Below are positions 8,862-17,562 of a DNA stretch of 29,066 nt, piece after piece; within the stretch, counting starts at the first letter, position 1, and each line of letters opens with the position of its first letter. The DNA is from a bacterium. Lineage in GTDB: Bacteria; JAHJDO01. The notes below the pieces were generated by a model. It searched no databases. It saw nothing but the letters and a program-made list of their open reading frames with translations, and was not told the origin of the DNA. Made by a program: the position numbers and the translations under genes. The DNA lies in NCBI GenBank assembly GCA_043824255.1, contig JBDRTG010000024.1, positions 1-29,066 of the forward strand. The letters run 5' to 3'.

Positions 8862-9825
8862 AATTCAGGAAGATGAAATTAATCCTGAGGACTTGCCTGC
8901 GGATCATGTTCTTATAAAGACGCACTATAGCCTGATCAGTGCTGGGACAGAACTGGCATGTCTGAGTGGAACTGAATCATGGTTCAAGATGCCCCTAACT
9001 TCGGGCTATGCTTCAGTTGGAGAAGTAGTTGCCAAGGGAAATGAAGTAACGAACCTGGACATTGGCGACACTGTCTTTCAATACGGACATCACGAAGAGT
9101 ATTCCATTCAACCCATGCGAAAGATTGTGGTAAAAGTTCCAGAAACCATTGATGAAAAACTGATTCCGTTTACGCGCATGGCAACCATCGCAATGACAGC
9201 AATCAGGGTTTCTGATATTGAACTCGGCGACTATGTAGTAGTGACAGGACAGGGACTTATAGGTAACATGGCTGCCCAGCTCGCAAAATTGCAGGGAGCT
9301 GATGTAATTGTAATCGATTTAAGTGATAAACGGCTTGAGCTTTCAAAAAAGTGTGGTATTGAATTTTGTATCAATTCAAAGCAATCTAATGTAAGAGAAA
9401 AAATTATGAAAATTACTGACGCTAAAGGCATCTCAACATTAATTGAAGCAACTGGCATTCCACAGGTAGCAGTTAAAGGACTCCCTCTAATTGCTAAAGG
9501 AGGAGAAATTATTCTATTAGGCAGTCCAAGGGGTGGATTTCAGGGCGATATAACCGACCTTTTTAATTATTGTCATCTTTCTGACCGCGGATACATAACC
9601 TTTAAGGGCGCTCATGAATGGCGGTTTCCAATTAGATATGACAATTTTGTAAAACATTCAATAGAAAGAAACACAAAGATAGTATTTAACCTCATGGAGA
9701 AGAAACAATTATCAGTAAAGCCGCTATTGAGCCATGTAGTAAAGCCATATGAGATTGCAAAAGCATATGAGGGGTTAAAAAATAATAAAGATGACTATAT
9801 TGGTGTAATAATAGACTGGAATTGA
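8818..9825 (+). CDS. MDR-family (zinc-binding alcohol dehydrogenase-like) oxidoreductase lacking the canonical catalytic Zn motif
   Basis: SLISAGTE, GYASVGEV, VVVTGQGLIG Rossmann motif, IEATG; AAGGAAA upstream. Confidence 0.9.
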   Translation: MKYKKVMFVAPGKVEIQEDEINPEDLPADHVLIKTHYSLISAGTELACLSGTESWFKMPLTSGYASVGEVVAKGNEVTNLDIGDTVFQYGHHEEYSIQPMRKIVVKVPETIDEKLIPFTRMATIAMTAIRVSDIELGDYVVVTGQGLIGNMAAQLAKLQGADVIVIDLSDKRLELSKKCGIEFCINSKQSNVREKIMKITDAKGISTLIEATGIPQVAVKGLPLIAKGGEIILLGSPRGGFQGDITDLFNYCHLSDRGYITFKGAHEWRFPIRYDNFVKHSIERNTKIVFNLMEKKQLSVKPLLSHVVKPYEIAKAYEGLKNNKDDYIGVIIDWN

Positions 9826-9987
9826 AGCAATCAGGCAAGAACAAATTTATGGGAGAAAAACAAGAATGGCAAAAGGCATTTTGAAACGCTACTCAAAAAA
9901 CCCAATTATAACAGCTAATGATATTCGGCTTGGTATCTGGATTTCATATTCACCTGACCTTATATTCTGGGGAAAATCAAAACCATT
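9821..9987 (+). repeat. Three-segment collapsed duplicate of the URO-D/GH130 junction and GH130 gene
   Basis: 9821-9926 matches 13678-13783 (99/106 by manual alignment). 9923-9936 equals 14068-14081. 9934-9987 equals 14244-14297 (54/54). Confidence 0.97.
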
Positions 9988-10024
9988 ACAAATGATAAAA
10001 TTATGCTTAAATCTAAAAAAATAG
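9866..10024 (+). pseudogene. Mini-ORF (52 aa), internally deleted GH130 copy
   Basis: GGAGA RBS, then MAKGILKRYSKNPIITANDIRLGIWISYSPDLIFWGKSKPLQMIKLCLNLKK*. It overlaps the start of the next gene. Confidence 0.85.
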
Positions 10025-11778
10025 GTAAAAATCTTTTTATATCAACTAACAGGTATTCTCTGTTTTTCAGGATGGATAATTTAAGTGTCATGTTGCGCTT
10101 AAAAGATGAGAAATTCTACTATCTTCTTTCTCTGATATCTGGATGTAACGTCTTGGGAAAGGAAGATGAATGTGAATTCATAGAACTCTCCACCAGGAGA
10201 GAAAAAGACTGTATATTGGTCGAATTAGAGGAAAAGAGTAACATCTGGAGGCAAAAGAAATATTACTTTAAATGCAATGAGGATTTTGTTGAATACCACT
10301 ATACTATAAGAGGCAAAGGGGAGATTGACGCTTTGCACTTCTTTTGTGGAAGGTATAAAGGAGAGAGAATAGGCTCTGCACCAGGTTTTGATACAGTGTT
10401 TAGCTCCTGTCCCAACTTTATTGAGAAGAATTATTATCATCCATCGGAACATGTGTCTATTAGTGCCGGGCAAAAAAGAGATCTAAAAATCCATCGTGGT
10501 TCTGCTCTCTGCTGTAGTCCTTTTTGCTACGCATTAAAACACAATAGTGATACTACCTGGGTATCAGTGGGTATGGCAGTAAAACCTGGTGAATATCAGT
10601 TTGGCAGTTTTGATTATGCTTTCAGGTCAGGAGATGATAGATATTTTGGAAGTGGAGGATTTAGCCTGCTATATTATGGAAAAGTTTCAGTTGATGGAGA
10701 TTGGGAAAGTCCTCATCTTGTATTTACCTTTGCTAAGGATGAATACACAGCTATCAAACGTTATATTAATTGGTTAACTACACATAACTATCTGACTAAA
10801 TTCAAAAAAAAGATTTATCCCTGGTGGTTAGAGCCAATATTCTGCGGCTGGGGAGAACAGGTGGCTTTAGCTTTATTGGAAAAAAGAGATATTAAGAACT
10901 TGGAAGCAGGTGAAGAGTTTTTTAGACGTTGCACTCAGAAGCTTTATCAAAAATGGTTAGTTATTCTGGAAAAGCATAAGATTAAACCAGGAACTATCAT
11001 TATTGATGCAAAGTGGCAGATAAATAACGGGGACCCAGAAGTTAACAGGAAACAATGGCCTGATCTAGGCGGATTCATTGATAATAATCATCGGAATAAC
11101 CAGAAAGTTATTCTCTGGATAAATTCTTGGGATAGAGAAGGGATTCCAGATGAAGAATGTATTAAAAAAAATGGTTTACCTGTATTCGTTGATCCAAGCA
11201 ATCCTGCTTATGAAAAAAGACTTAGAAAAAGAATAAGGGAAATGATTTCTGAAGAAAAAGGATGTCTTAATGCTGATGGGTTCAAAATAGATGGTATGCT
11301 AAGTCTTCCCATAGGTTGTAAGTTTACAAATCATGGAGATATATGGGGATTAGAACTTCAAAAAAAATACATCTCCATATTTTATAGCGAAGCAAAGAAA
11401 TACAAGGAAGATGCCCTGATCAGCGTTTATACTGCTAATCCATATTTTAGAGAAGTGGTCGATATGGTTAGGTGTGGAGATATGTATACAATAAAAGGAG
11501 ATTCTATTGATTCAATGGTTCACCGAGCAAAGATTATTGAGATTGGCATGTTTGATCTTCCAATTGATACTGACGGACAATATGGACATGCCTTAACTGA
11601 GAACTGGATTTCTGCTATGGAAATACAGGCAAAAATTGGAATTCCCACTCTTTATTCTGCTGAGAACGTTTCTCATGGCCGCAAGTTTAGACCACAAAGA
11701 TTGGATAAATTCACACAAAGAGACTATGCATTCATAGCTAAAGTATGGGAAAAATACAGAGTAAAAATCTCTGGTTAA
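10003..11778 (+). CDS. Clan GH-D-like (GH36/GH31/GH27-type TIM barrel) glycoside hydrolase, paralog 1
   Basis: PIFCGWGEQ, IIIDAKWQ, WPDLGGFID, DGFKIDG (nucleophile-type KxD), VRCGD (acid/base-type RxxD). No clear SD. Confidence 0.75.
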   Translation: MLKSKKIGKNLFISTNRYSLFFRMDNLSVMLRLKDEKFYYLLSLISGCNVLGKEDECEFIELSTRREKDCILVELEEKSNIWRQKKYYFKCNEDFVEYHYTIRGKGEIDALHFFCGRYKGERIGSAPGFDTVFSSCPNFIEKNYYHPSEHVSISAGQKRDLKIHRGSALCCSPFCYALKHNSDTTWVSVGMAVKPGEYQFGSFDYAFRSGDDRYFGSGGFSLLYYGKVSVDGDWESPHLVFTFAKDEYTAIKRYINWLTTHNYLTKFKKKIYPWWLEPIFCGWGEQVALALLEKRDIKNLEAGEEFFRRCTQKLYQKWLVILEKHKIKPGTIIIDAKWQINNGDPEVNRKQWPDLGGFIDNNHRNNQKVILWINSWDREGIPDEECIKKNGLPVFVDPSNPAYEKRLRKRIREMISEEKGCLNADGFKIDGMLSLPIGCKFTNHGDIWGLELQKKYISIFYSEAKKYKEDALISVYTANPYFREVVDMVRCGDMYTIKGDSIDSMVHRAKIIEIGMFDLPIDTDGQYGHALTENWISAMEIQAKIGIPTLYSAENVSHGRKFRPQRLDKFTQRDYAFIAKVWEKYRVKISG

Positions 11779-11809
11779 TAACAAATTAAGAAGGAGAATA
11801 GAAAGTAAT

Positions 11810-12631
11810 ATGAAGATATATATACAGGTAGACATAGAAGGTATTGCAGGAATGGCTGACTTTGAAAATAGAGAAGATACAAGTCTTAGAAACTGGGATA
11901 GAATTGTGCGGTTAAGGAATGTAATGACCGAAGAGGTAAATGCGGCAGTTAGAGGCGCGTTCGATGGTGGAGCAAGCAAGGTTACAGTCTGGGATTCTCA
12001 TGGTGATGGATACAGCATTTTGTTTGAGAAACTGGATCCGAGATGTGAACTTATAAGAGGCAATTACTCAAGAGCACCATGGCTGCCATTTTTTGAGGAT
12101 GGATATGACGGGGGATTTTATTTAGGCGCGCATGCAATGGCAGGCACTCCATTTGCGGCTTTAGCGCATTCAAGGATTGTTCTTAACAATAAGACATATG
12201 GAGAAGCTGGTGCGTTTATCACTTTATTAGCTTCCAAAGGATTGCCAACACTTCTTTTAACAGGTGATAAAGCAGCAGTTGAACAGGTATTATCCTATAT
12301 GCCCCGAATAGAACATGTAATTACCAAGACTGCACTTGGCCCGTATGTTGTGAAAACACGAATCCCGGAAGCAGTAAATAAGGAAATATATAAAAAAGCT
12401 AGAAGGGCAGTTACAAGAAGAAAAGATATTCCTGTATATGAGATAAAACCACCATATAAGTTCAAACGGGAAAAGAATGGTAAAATAATTAAGTATTCCT
12501 ATAGCAACGATCTGTTAGAGACTTATCGTCGATACTTAGGTAAATTTATTTATGAGGAAATTAATCAATGTACAGGTCGTCCAAGAGTTGATAAATATTT
12601 GGATGATAAGTATAAACATAGTTTGAAGTAG
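11810..12631 (+). CDS. M55 family (DppA-like D-aminopeptidase fold) metallo-amidohydrolase, paralog 1
   Basis: MKIYIQVDIEG, EVNAAV, DSHG, GAHAMAG, YGE, TGD; RBS AAGGAG. Confidence 0.9.
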   Translation: MKIYIQVDIEGIAGMADFENREDTSLRNWDRIVRLRNVMTEEVNAAVRGAFDGGASKVTVWDSHGDGYSILFEKLDPRCELIRGNYSRAPWLPFFEDGYDGGFYLGAHAMAGTPFAALAHSRIVLNNKTYGEAGAFITLLASKGLPTLLLTGDKAAVEQVLSYMPRIEHVITKTALGPYVVKTRIPEAVNKEIYKKARRAVTRRKDIPVYEIKPPYKFKREKNGKIIKYSYSNDLLETYRRYLGKFIYEEINQCTGRPRVDKYLDDKYKHSLK

Positions 12632-12639
12632 ATCAAGAT

Positions 12640-14667
12640 ATGACCAAACGAGACATCTTTTGCAAATATATGAAGAGAGAAAAGGTGCCCATAATACCCT
12701 GTTTTGAAACTTTCATGGATACAACGGCATGTAATCATTATAAAGACTACATTAATTATCAGGAGAAAAAAGATCCTGTTGAGGAGAGTATGCAGTTTGC
12801 TGATGCATGTGATGATTGGGCAGTTAGGATATACAAAGACATAGATGTTGTAGAACGTAGACAAATTAATAGAAACCAGTATGAAATTGTATATGAGACG
12901 GGAGCAAAGTGGAGAGAAATAACTGAGCCGATGTATAACAGAGAAGTTGTCTATATGCCATTTCACAATAAGGGTGATTTTAGAGAGGATATATTTCCCG
13001 ACCCGCATGATGCAAAACGCTATGAAGGCATAGCGGAGAGGATAAAATACTATCACGAAAAAGGATACCTAGTAAAAGGAAGCTCAACTGGATTCTGGGC
13101 AGGACTTTTCTACTACTTGAGAAAATTTGAGGATCTTTTATGTGATATGCTTATTGACAGGGGATTTTTTAAAGACATTGTAGAGCTTCGTGGAGAATAC
13201 TTGCTTGGGTATGCAGAGGAACTCTTAAAGCGAGATGTAGATTTTATCACTGTCAATGACGACCTGGGTTCTTCCACAAATCTCTTGTTCTCTGAGAAGA
13301 TATATGAAAGATATTTTTATCCTTATCATAAACGCCTTGCTAAGCTGTGTCATAAGTACGGAAAATTCTTTCATATGCATAGTCATGGACATATAGAAAG
13401 AATTATGAATATGATTGTAGATGCAGGTGTTGATATAATTAATCCTGTTGGCCCAAGTGATAACAATGATCTCAGTATGTTTAAGAGAAAATGGGGGGAT
13501 AAGATATTTATACATGGAGGCATAAGTACTCATATTAAGGATATGAATAAAGAGGAGATGAAAAGACATCTGCGTACTGTTATGGATATAGGCTGTGAAG
13601 GAGGCGGATTTAGTCCTAGGACAGAAAGCGGAATTCCACAGATGCAAGGGAGAGAAAACAAGTTTTTATCTAAAACTATTGAAGCAATCAAGCAAGAACA
13701 AATTTATAGGAGAAAAATAGAAATGGCAAAAGGCATTTTGGAACGCTACTCAAAAAACCCAATTATAACAGCTGATGATATTCCATATAAATGCAAGTAT
13801 GTTTATAATGCAGGCGCCATAAAATATAATGGCAAGTATGTGCTTTTATTGAGAACAGATATTTATTCTCCTGACAAAGAAATACATAGACCTACTCAAA
13901 TTTGTTTAGGTCTGGCGACAAGTGAGGATGGGTATAATTTTCAAGTTAAAAAAGAACCTGTAATGACTCCAAATGAGGAAGAAGGAAAATACATTTATGA
14001 TCCAAGAATAACACAAATAGATGACACGTGTTATGTCTTATACGCTGATTCGACAGAGTATCATGAGATTCGGCTTGGTATTGCCTCAACGAGAGATTTT
14101 AAAGATTTTGAAAGGATATCGCTTTCCCGTCCTGATCTTCGGAATGGAGCATTATTCCCTGAGAAAATTAATGGCTATTATGTGCGTTTAGATAGACCGT
14201 TTTTACACCCTAGAATGAGTGCAGGAAACCCCTTCCCTCTTGATATCTGGATTTCATATTCACCTGACCTTATATTCTGGGGAAAATCAAAACCATTGTT
14301 CAGGGCAAAAGATTGCCTGTGGGGAGAAATAAAAGTTGGACCTGGTGCTCCTCCTGTTAAAACAGAAAAGGGATGGTTGGAGATATTTCATGGAGTTGGA
14401 ATATCTGAGGGAAAAAGAACATATCGTCTTGGCTGTATGTTGCTTGACCTAAAAAATCCTTTAAAAATCATAGGCGTTGCAAAAGAACCAATACTCGAAC
14501 CAATTGAGGAGTACGAAAGAGAGGGATATGTGCCAAACGTAGTATTTACATGCGGTGCAATACCAGAAGATAATGGTGAGTTAAAAATATATTATGGCGG
14601 CGCTGATGCATGCGTTTGTATCGCTACTGCAAATATTGATGATTTAATATCCCTGTGTTTGGAGTAA
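12640..14667 (+). CDS. In-frame fusion: URO-D/MtaA-CmuA-fold domain (aa 1-361) + GH130 glycoside phosphorylase/mannosidase-like propeller (from ATG 13723)
   Basis: N half: DDLG, HMHSHG, GVDIINPV, FIHGGIST, GGGF. C half: NPIITADD, VYNAGA, DPRIT, KVGPGAPPVKT, EGYVPNVVFTCG, YYGGAD. Internal AGGAG at 13708 before ATG 13723. Confidence 0.9.
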   Translation: MTKRDIFCKYMKREKVPIIPCFETFMDTTACNHYKDYINYQEKKDPVEESMQFADACDDWAVRIYKDIDVVERRQINRNQYEIVYETGAKWREITEPMYNREVVYMPFHNKGDFREDIFPDPHDAKRYEGIAERIKYYHEKGYLVKGSSTGFWAGLFYYLRKFEDLLCDMLIDRGFFKDIVELRGEYLLGYAEELLKRDVDFITVNDDLGSSTNLLFSEKIYERYFYPYHKRLAKLCHKYGKFFHMHSHGHIERIMNMIVDAGVDIINPVGPSDNNDLSMFKRKWGDKIFIHGGISTHIKDMNKEEMKRHLRTVMDIGCEGGGFSPRTESGIPQMQGRENKFLSKTIEAIKQEQIYRRKIEMAKGILERYSKNPIITADDIPYKCKYVYNAGAIKYNGKYVLLLRTDIYSPDKEIHRPTQICLGLATSEDGYNFQVKKEPVMTPNEEEGKYIYDPRITQIDDTCYVLYADSTEYHEIRLGIASTRDFKDFERISLSRPDLRNGALFPEKINGYYVRLDRPFLHPRMSAGNPFPLDIWISYSPDLIFWGKSKPLFRAKDCLWGEIKVGPGAPPVKTEKGWLEIFHGVGISEGKRTYRLGCMLLDLKNPLKIIGVAKEPILEPIEEYEREGYVPNVVFTCGAIPEDNGELKIYYGGADACVCIATANIDDLISLCLE

Positions 14668-14696
14668 TTAATAAAACAGGAAAAGAGGCGTTGAAC

Positions 14697-16487
14697 ATGG
14701 ACAAGACAAATAAGATAGAGGTTAAATATCGAAAATACTGTCTTAATTTCTCTCCGGGTTTTAACCAGTTTAGGGTTTATTCCGCTCTTTCGGACAATTT
14801 TTATTACTGGATGAGTTCATTTTCCCGGGTAGATAAAGTCGATGCGCCCGATATTTCTCTAGAAATTCCAAGGATTAAGATTCTTTCCCGGAAAAGAGAA
14901 GGGTTAGGATTGGTAGTTCTTACCAAAAGCAATCTTTGGAAAAAGAAAGAAACTTTCTATACATTTAGACCAGATGGTTTTGAATACTATATAAGAGTAA
15001 AAGGGAAAGGAGTGATTGACAGAGTCTATTTTTTCATGGGGATATTGCAGAATATGGTTATCGGCTCTATTCCTGGATTTGACTATTATTCTCCATGCTG
15101 CCCCAATTTTCTTGGAAAAGAACATTTCTCTCCCGATGAATATTTTAGTATTAATGTCGGTCTGGAAACTACCTATTGGGGACCAGCCTTGAACTCCGGT
15201 CCCTTTTTGTACACTTTCTTCAAAGAAGGTGTTAAGCAATGTTTTTCTGCAGGACTGATAGCCAAAAGGGAAGAGAATATCTTCCAATGTTTTGATTTTA
15301 ACCACAAACCAAAAGAAGTGTTGGATACACATAGCAATATTGTCAATACTCAATCGTTTTCTCTAGGGTATTTTGGCAAGCTCAAGATTGATGGAGAATG
15401 GGAAAGCCCCCATCTTATTTTTCAATTCGGAAAGAATAAAAAGGATTGTCTGAAAAAATATTGCCAACTCCTTGAAGGGCGCGGCGCTATCCCACAAGCG
15501 AAAAAGAGCAGAATATATAAGTGGTGGTTGGAGCCTATCTTCTGCGGCTGGCATGAACAGGTGGCTATTGGGCATAATAAAACTCAAAAAAAGAATTTAT
15601 CAAAAGCAGATTTAGAATCAGCTAACTACATAATGGATGAATGCACTCAGAAAAATCATGAAGAATGGTTAGATATTATACTTAGGAATAAGATTCCTAT
15701 TGGAACAGTTATTATCGATGCCAAGTGGCAGAAGAAATTTGCAACTTTTGAGCTGGATAAAAGTAAATGGTCTGATATGAGAGGGTTTATTGATGCTTGC
15801 CATCAAAAAGGCATTAAGGTTCTTTTGTGGATTCAAGCCTGGAGTAAAGAGGGTTTAGTCAAAAGGGAATGCATTCAGAAAGAGGGAGTGTCCGTTTCAA
15901 TGGATCCTACTTCTCCAGAATACCAAAGGAGACTGGAGCAGGGTATTGAATATATGTTGAGTGCAAGTCCTGATTGTCTAAATGCCGACGGGTTGAAGAT
16001 AGACGGCACTGCAGCTATTCCTGTGGGCTACAAGATTAAAACTTATCTGGATATATATGGTTTTAAACTGCAGCATTACTACCTTAGCATTATTTACAGG
16101 AAAGCAAAATCAGTTAAAAAGGATGCTTTAATTTCTGTATATATTGCCAATCCCTATTTCAGAGATGTCTGCGGTATGGTAAGATTAGGGGATCTGTACA
16201 GCGTTTATGGCAGACCAATTGATACTCTAAAAGAACGGGCGGAAATAGTAAAAATTGCTATGAAAAATAAGCCGATTGACACCGATGGGAATTTTCGCTT
16301 TTCCATGGAAGAGAATTTTCTAAAGGAATTGGAGGAGCAAGTAAAGATTGGGATTCCAACCATTTATCAGGCAAGGAATCTTATCCAGCGCCGTACGTTT
16401 AACAACCCTGTTTTTCGCACATTTGGAACTGCTGATTATCAAAAGATAAAAGAAGTCTTGGATAGATATAAACACAGTTTGAAGTAG
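14697..16487 (+). CDS. Clan GH-D-like glycoside hydrolase, paralog 2
   Basis: Colinear with 10003-11778 (CPNF, IDGEWESPHL, WWLEPIFCGW, IIDAKWQ, DGLKIDG, VRLGD, PIDTDG, KIGIPT). ATG 14697 after GAGG is preferred over GTG 14655. Confidence 0.78.
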   Translation: MDKTNKIEVKYRKYCLNFSPGFNQFRVYSALSDNFYYWMSSFSRVDKVDAPDISLEIPRIKILSRKREGLGLVVLTKSNLWKKKETFYTFRPDGFEYYIRVKGKGVIDRVYFFMGILQNMVIGSIPGFDYYSPCCPNFLGKEHFSPDEYFSINVGLETTYWGPALNSGPFLYTFFKEGVKQCFSAGLIAKREENIFQCFDFNHKPKEVLDTHSNIVNTQSFSLGYFGKLKIDGEWESPHLIFQFGKNKKDCLKKYCQLLEGRGAIPQAKKSRIYKWWLEPIFCGWHEQVAIGHNKTQKKNLSKADLESANYIMDECTQKNHEEWLDIILRNKIPIGTVIIDAKWQKKFATFELDKSKWSDMRGFIDACHQKGIKVLLWIQAWSKEGLVKRECIQKEGVSVSMDPTSPEYQRRLEQGIEYMLSASPDCLNADGLKIDGTAAIPVGYKIKTYLDIYGFKLQHYYLSIIYRKAKSVKKDALISVYIANPYFRDVCGMVRLGDLYSVYGRPIDTLKERAEIVKIAMKNKPIDTDGNFRFSMEENFLKELEEQVKIGIPTIYQARNLIQRRTFNNPVFRTFGTADYQKIKEVLDRYKHSLK

Positions 16488-16493
16488 TAGGAA

Positions 16494-17552
16494 ATGACAA
16501 GTAAAGAAAGAATTATAACCATCCTGAACCATAAAAGACCCGACAGGATCGGGAGATTTGATAGCTTTTTTAAGGAGTTTCGGGGAAAATGTATAAAAAG
16601 ATTAAAATTAACTAATAAATCTGATTTGCTTGAATATTTTAACATTGACATGCAAATTATTACAGCTGATGAATCTCCATTTCCAACAAAAGCAAAAACA
16701 ATATCCGAAGATAAAAACAAAAAAATAGTGCTTGACGGCTGGGGAAGAACAATTGAGATTCACAAAGGCGCTTTTTTCTATAAAGAATTAAAGCACGCGG
16801 TCAATGACCATGCTGATCTGGATAAACTAAAATTTGACAAGCCTTCTCTTGATTTAAGATATGGAGACGCTTTTAATCATGAGTATACTAAAAACAGCAA
16901 AAAATGTATCTTCTGCAAGGTCGGAGGACCCTATCAAAGAACAAGTTTTCTGCAAGGTGAGCTTAATTATCTGATGAATATTGCAGGTGATCCTGGACTC
17001 ATAACGGACTTAGTGGCAAAGGTTTCAGATCATATAATAGAGATCGGAAAGGAATCATTGAAAAGAGCTGATTTATATGATACGGGGATGTGGATATCTG
17101 ATGATATGGCGAACAATGACACTACTATGATGTCTCCGAAGTCATTTGAAGAGATATATTATCCCGTTTGGAAGAAAATGATAAAGTCATTTAAAGAAGC
17201 CGGGGCGTCTAAGATTTGTATGCACGGTGATGGTAATCTTCTGCCTGTTTTAGATATGCTTGTTGATGCCGGGGTTGATGCAATAAACCCGGTCGAACCA
17301 CGGGCTCATATGAATTTAGTCGGTCTGAAAAAGAGATACGGAAATAGGCTGGCATATATCGGAGGCATGTGCAATACCAATATACTTCGAAAAGGAACAA
17401 AGAAAGAAATAGAAAAATCCGCTAGAGAGATAATTGATGTGGGCAAAGAAGGCGGTGTGATTATAGGCACTCATTCACTTTCTCCCGATATACCCATAGA
17501 AAATTATCTTTTTTATGATAAGATTGTTAAAAAATACGGGGATTATGAATAA
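16494..17552 (+). CDS. URO-D / methyltransferase (MtaA/CmuA)-fold family protein
   Basis: MTSKERI...PDR, DGWG, SDDMA, MMSP, MHGDG, GVDAINPVE, YIGGM, GGVIIGTHS. Confidence 0.9.
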   Translation: MTSKERIITILNHKRPDRIGRFDSFFKEFRGKCIKRLKLTNKSDLLEYFNIDMQIITADESPFPTKAKTISEDKNKKIVLDGWGRTIEIHKGAFFYKELKHAVNDHADLDKLKFDKPSLDLRYGDAFNHEYTKNSKKCIFCKVGGPYQRTSFLQGELNYLMNIAGDPGLITDLVAKVSDHIIEIGKESLKRADLYDTGMWISDDMANNDTTMMSPKSFEEIYYPVWKKMIKSFKEAGASKICMHGDGNLLPVLDMLVDAGVDAINPVEPRAHMNLVGLKKRYGNRLAYIGGMCNTNILRKGTKKEIEKSAREIIDVGKEGGVIIGTHSLSPDIPIENYLFYDKIVKKYGDYE

Positions 17553-17562
17553 AGGAATAAGT

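Noticed and set aside
9821..9987. GH130 duplicate as a DGR template/variable repeat pair or an intron-spliced retrocopy
   Set aside because: No reverse transcriptase in the window, differences run in both directions rather than adenine-only, and the missing segments are ordinary coding sequence bounded by microhomologies.
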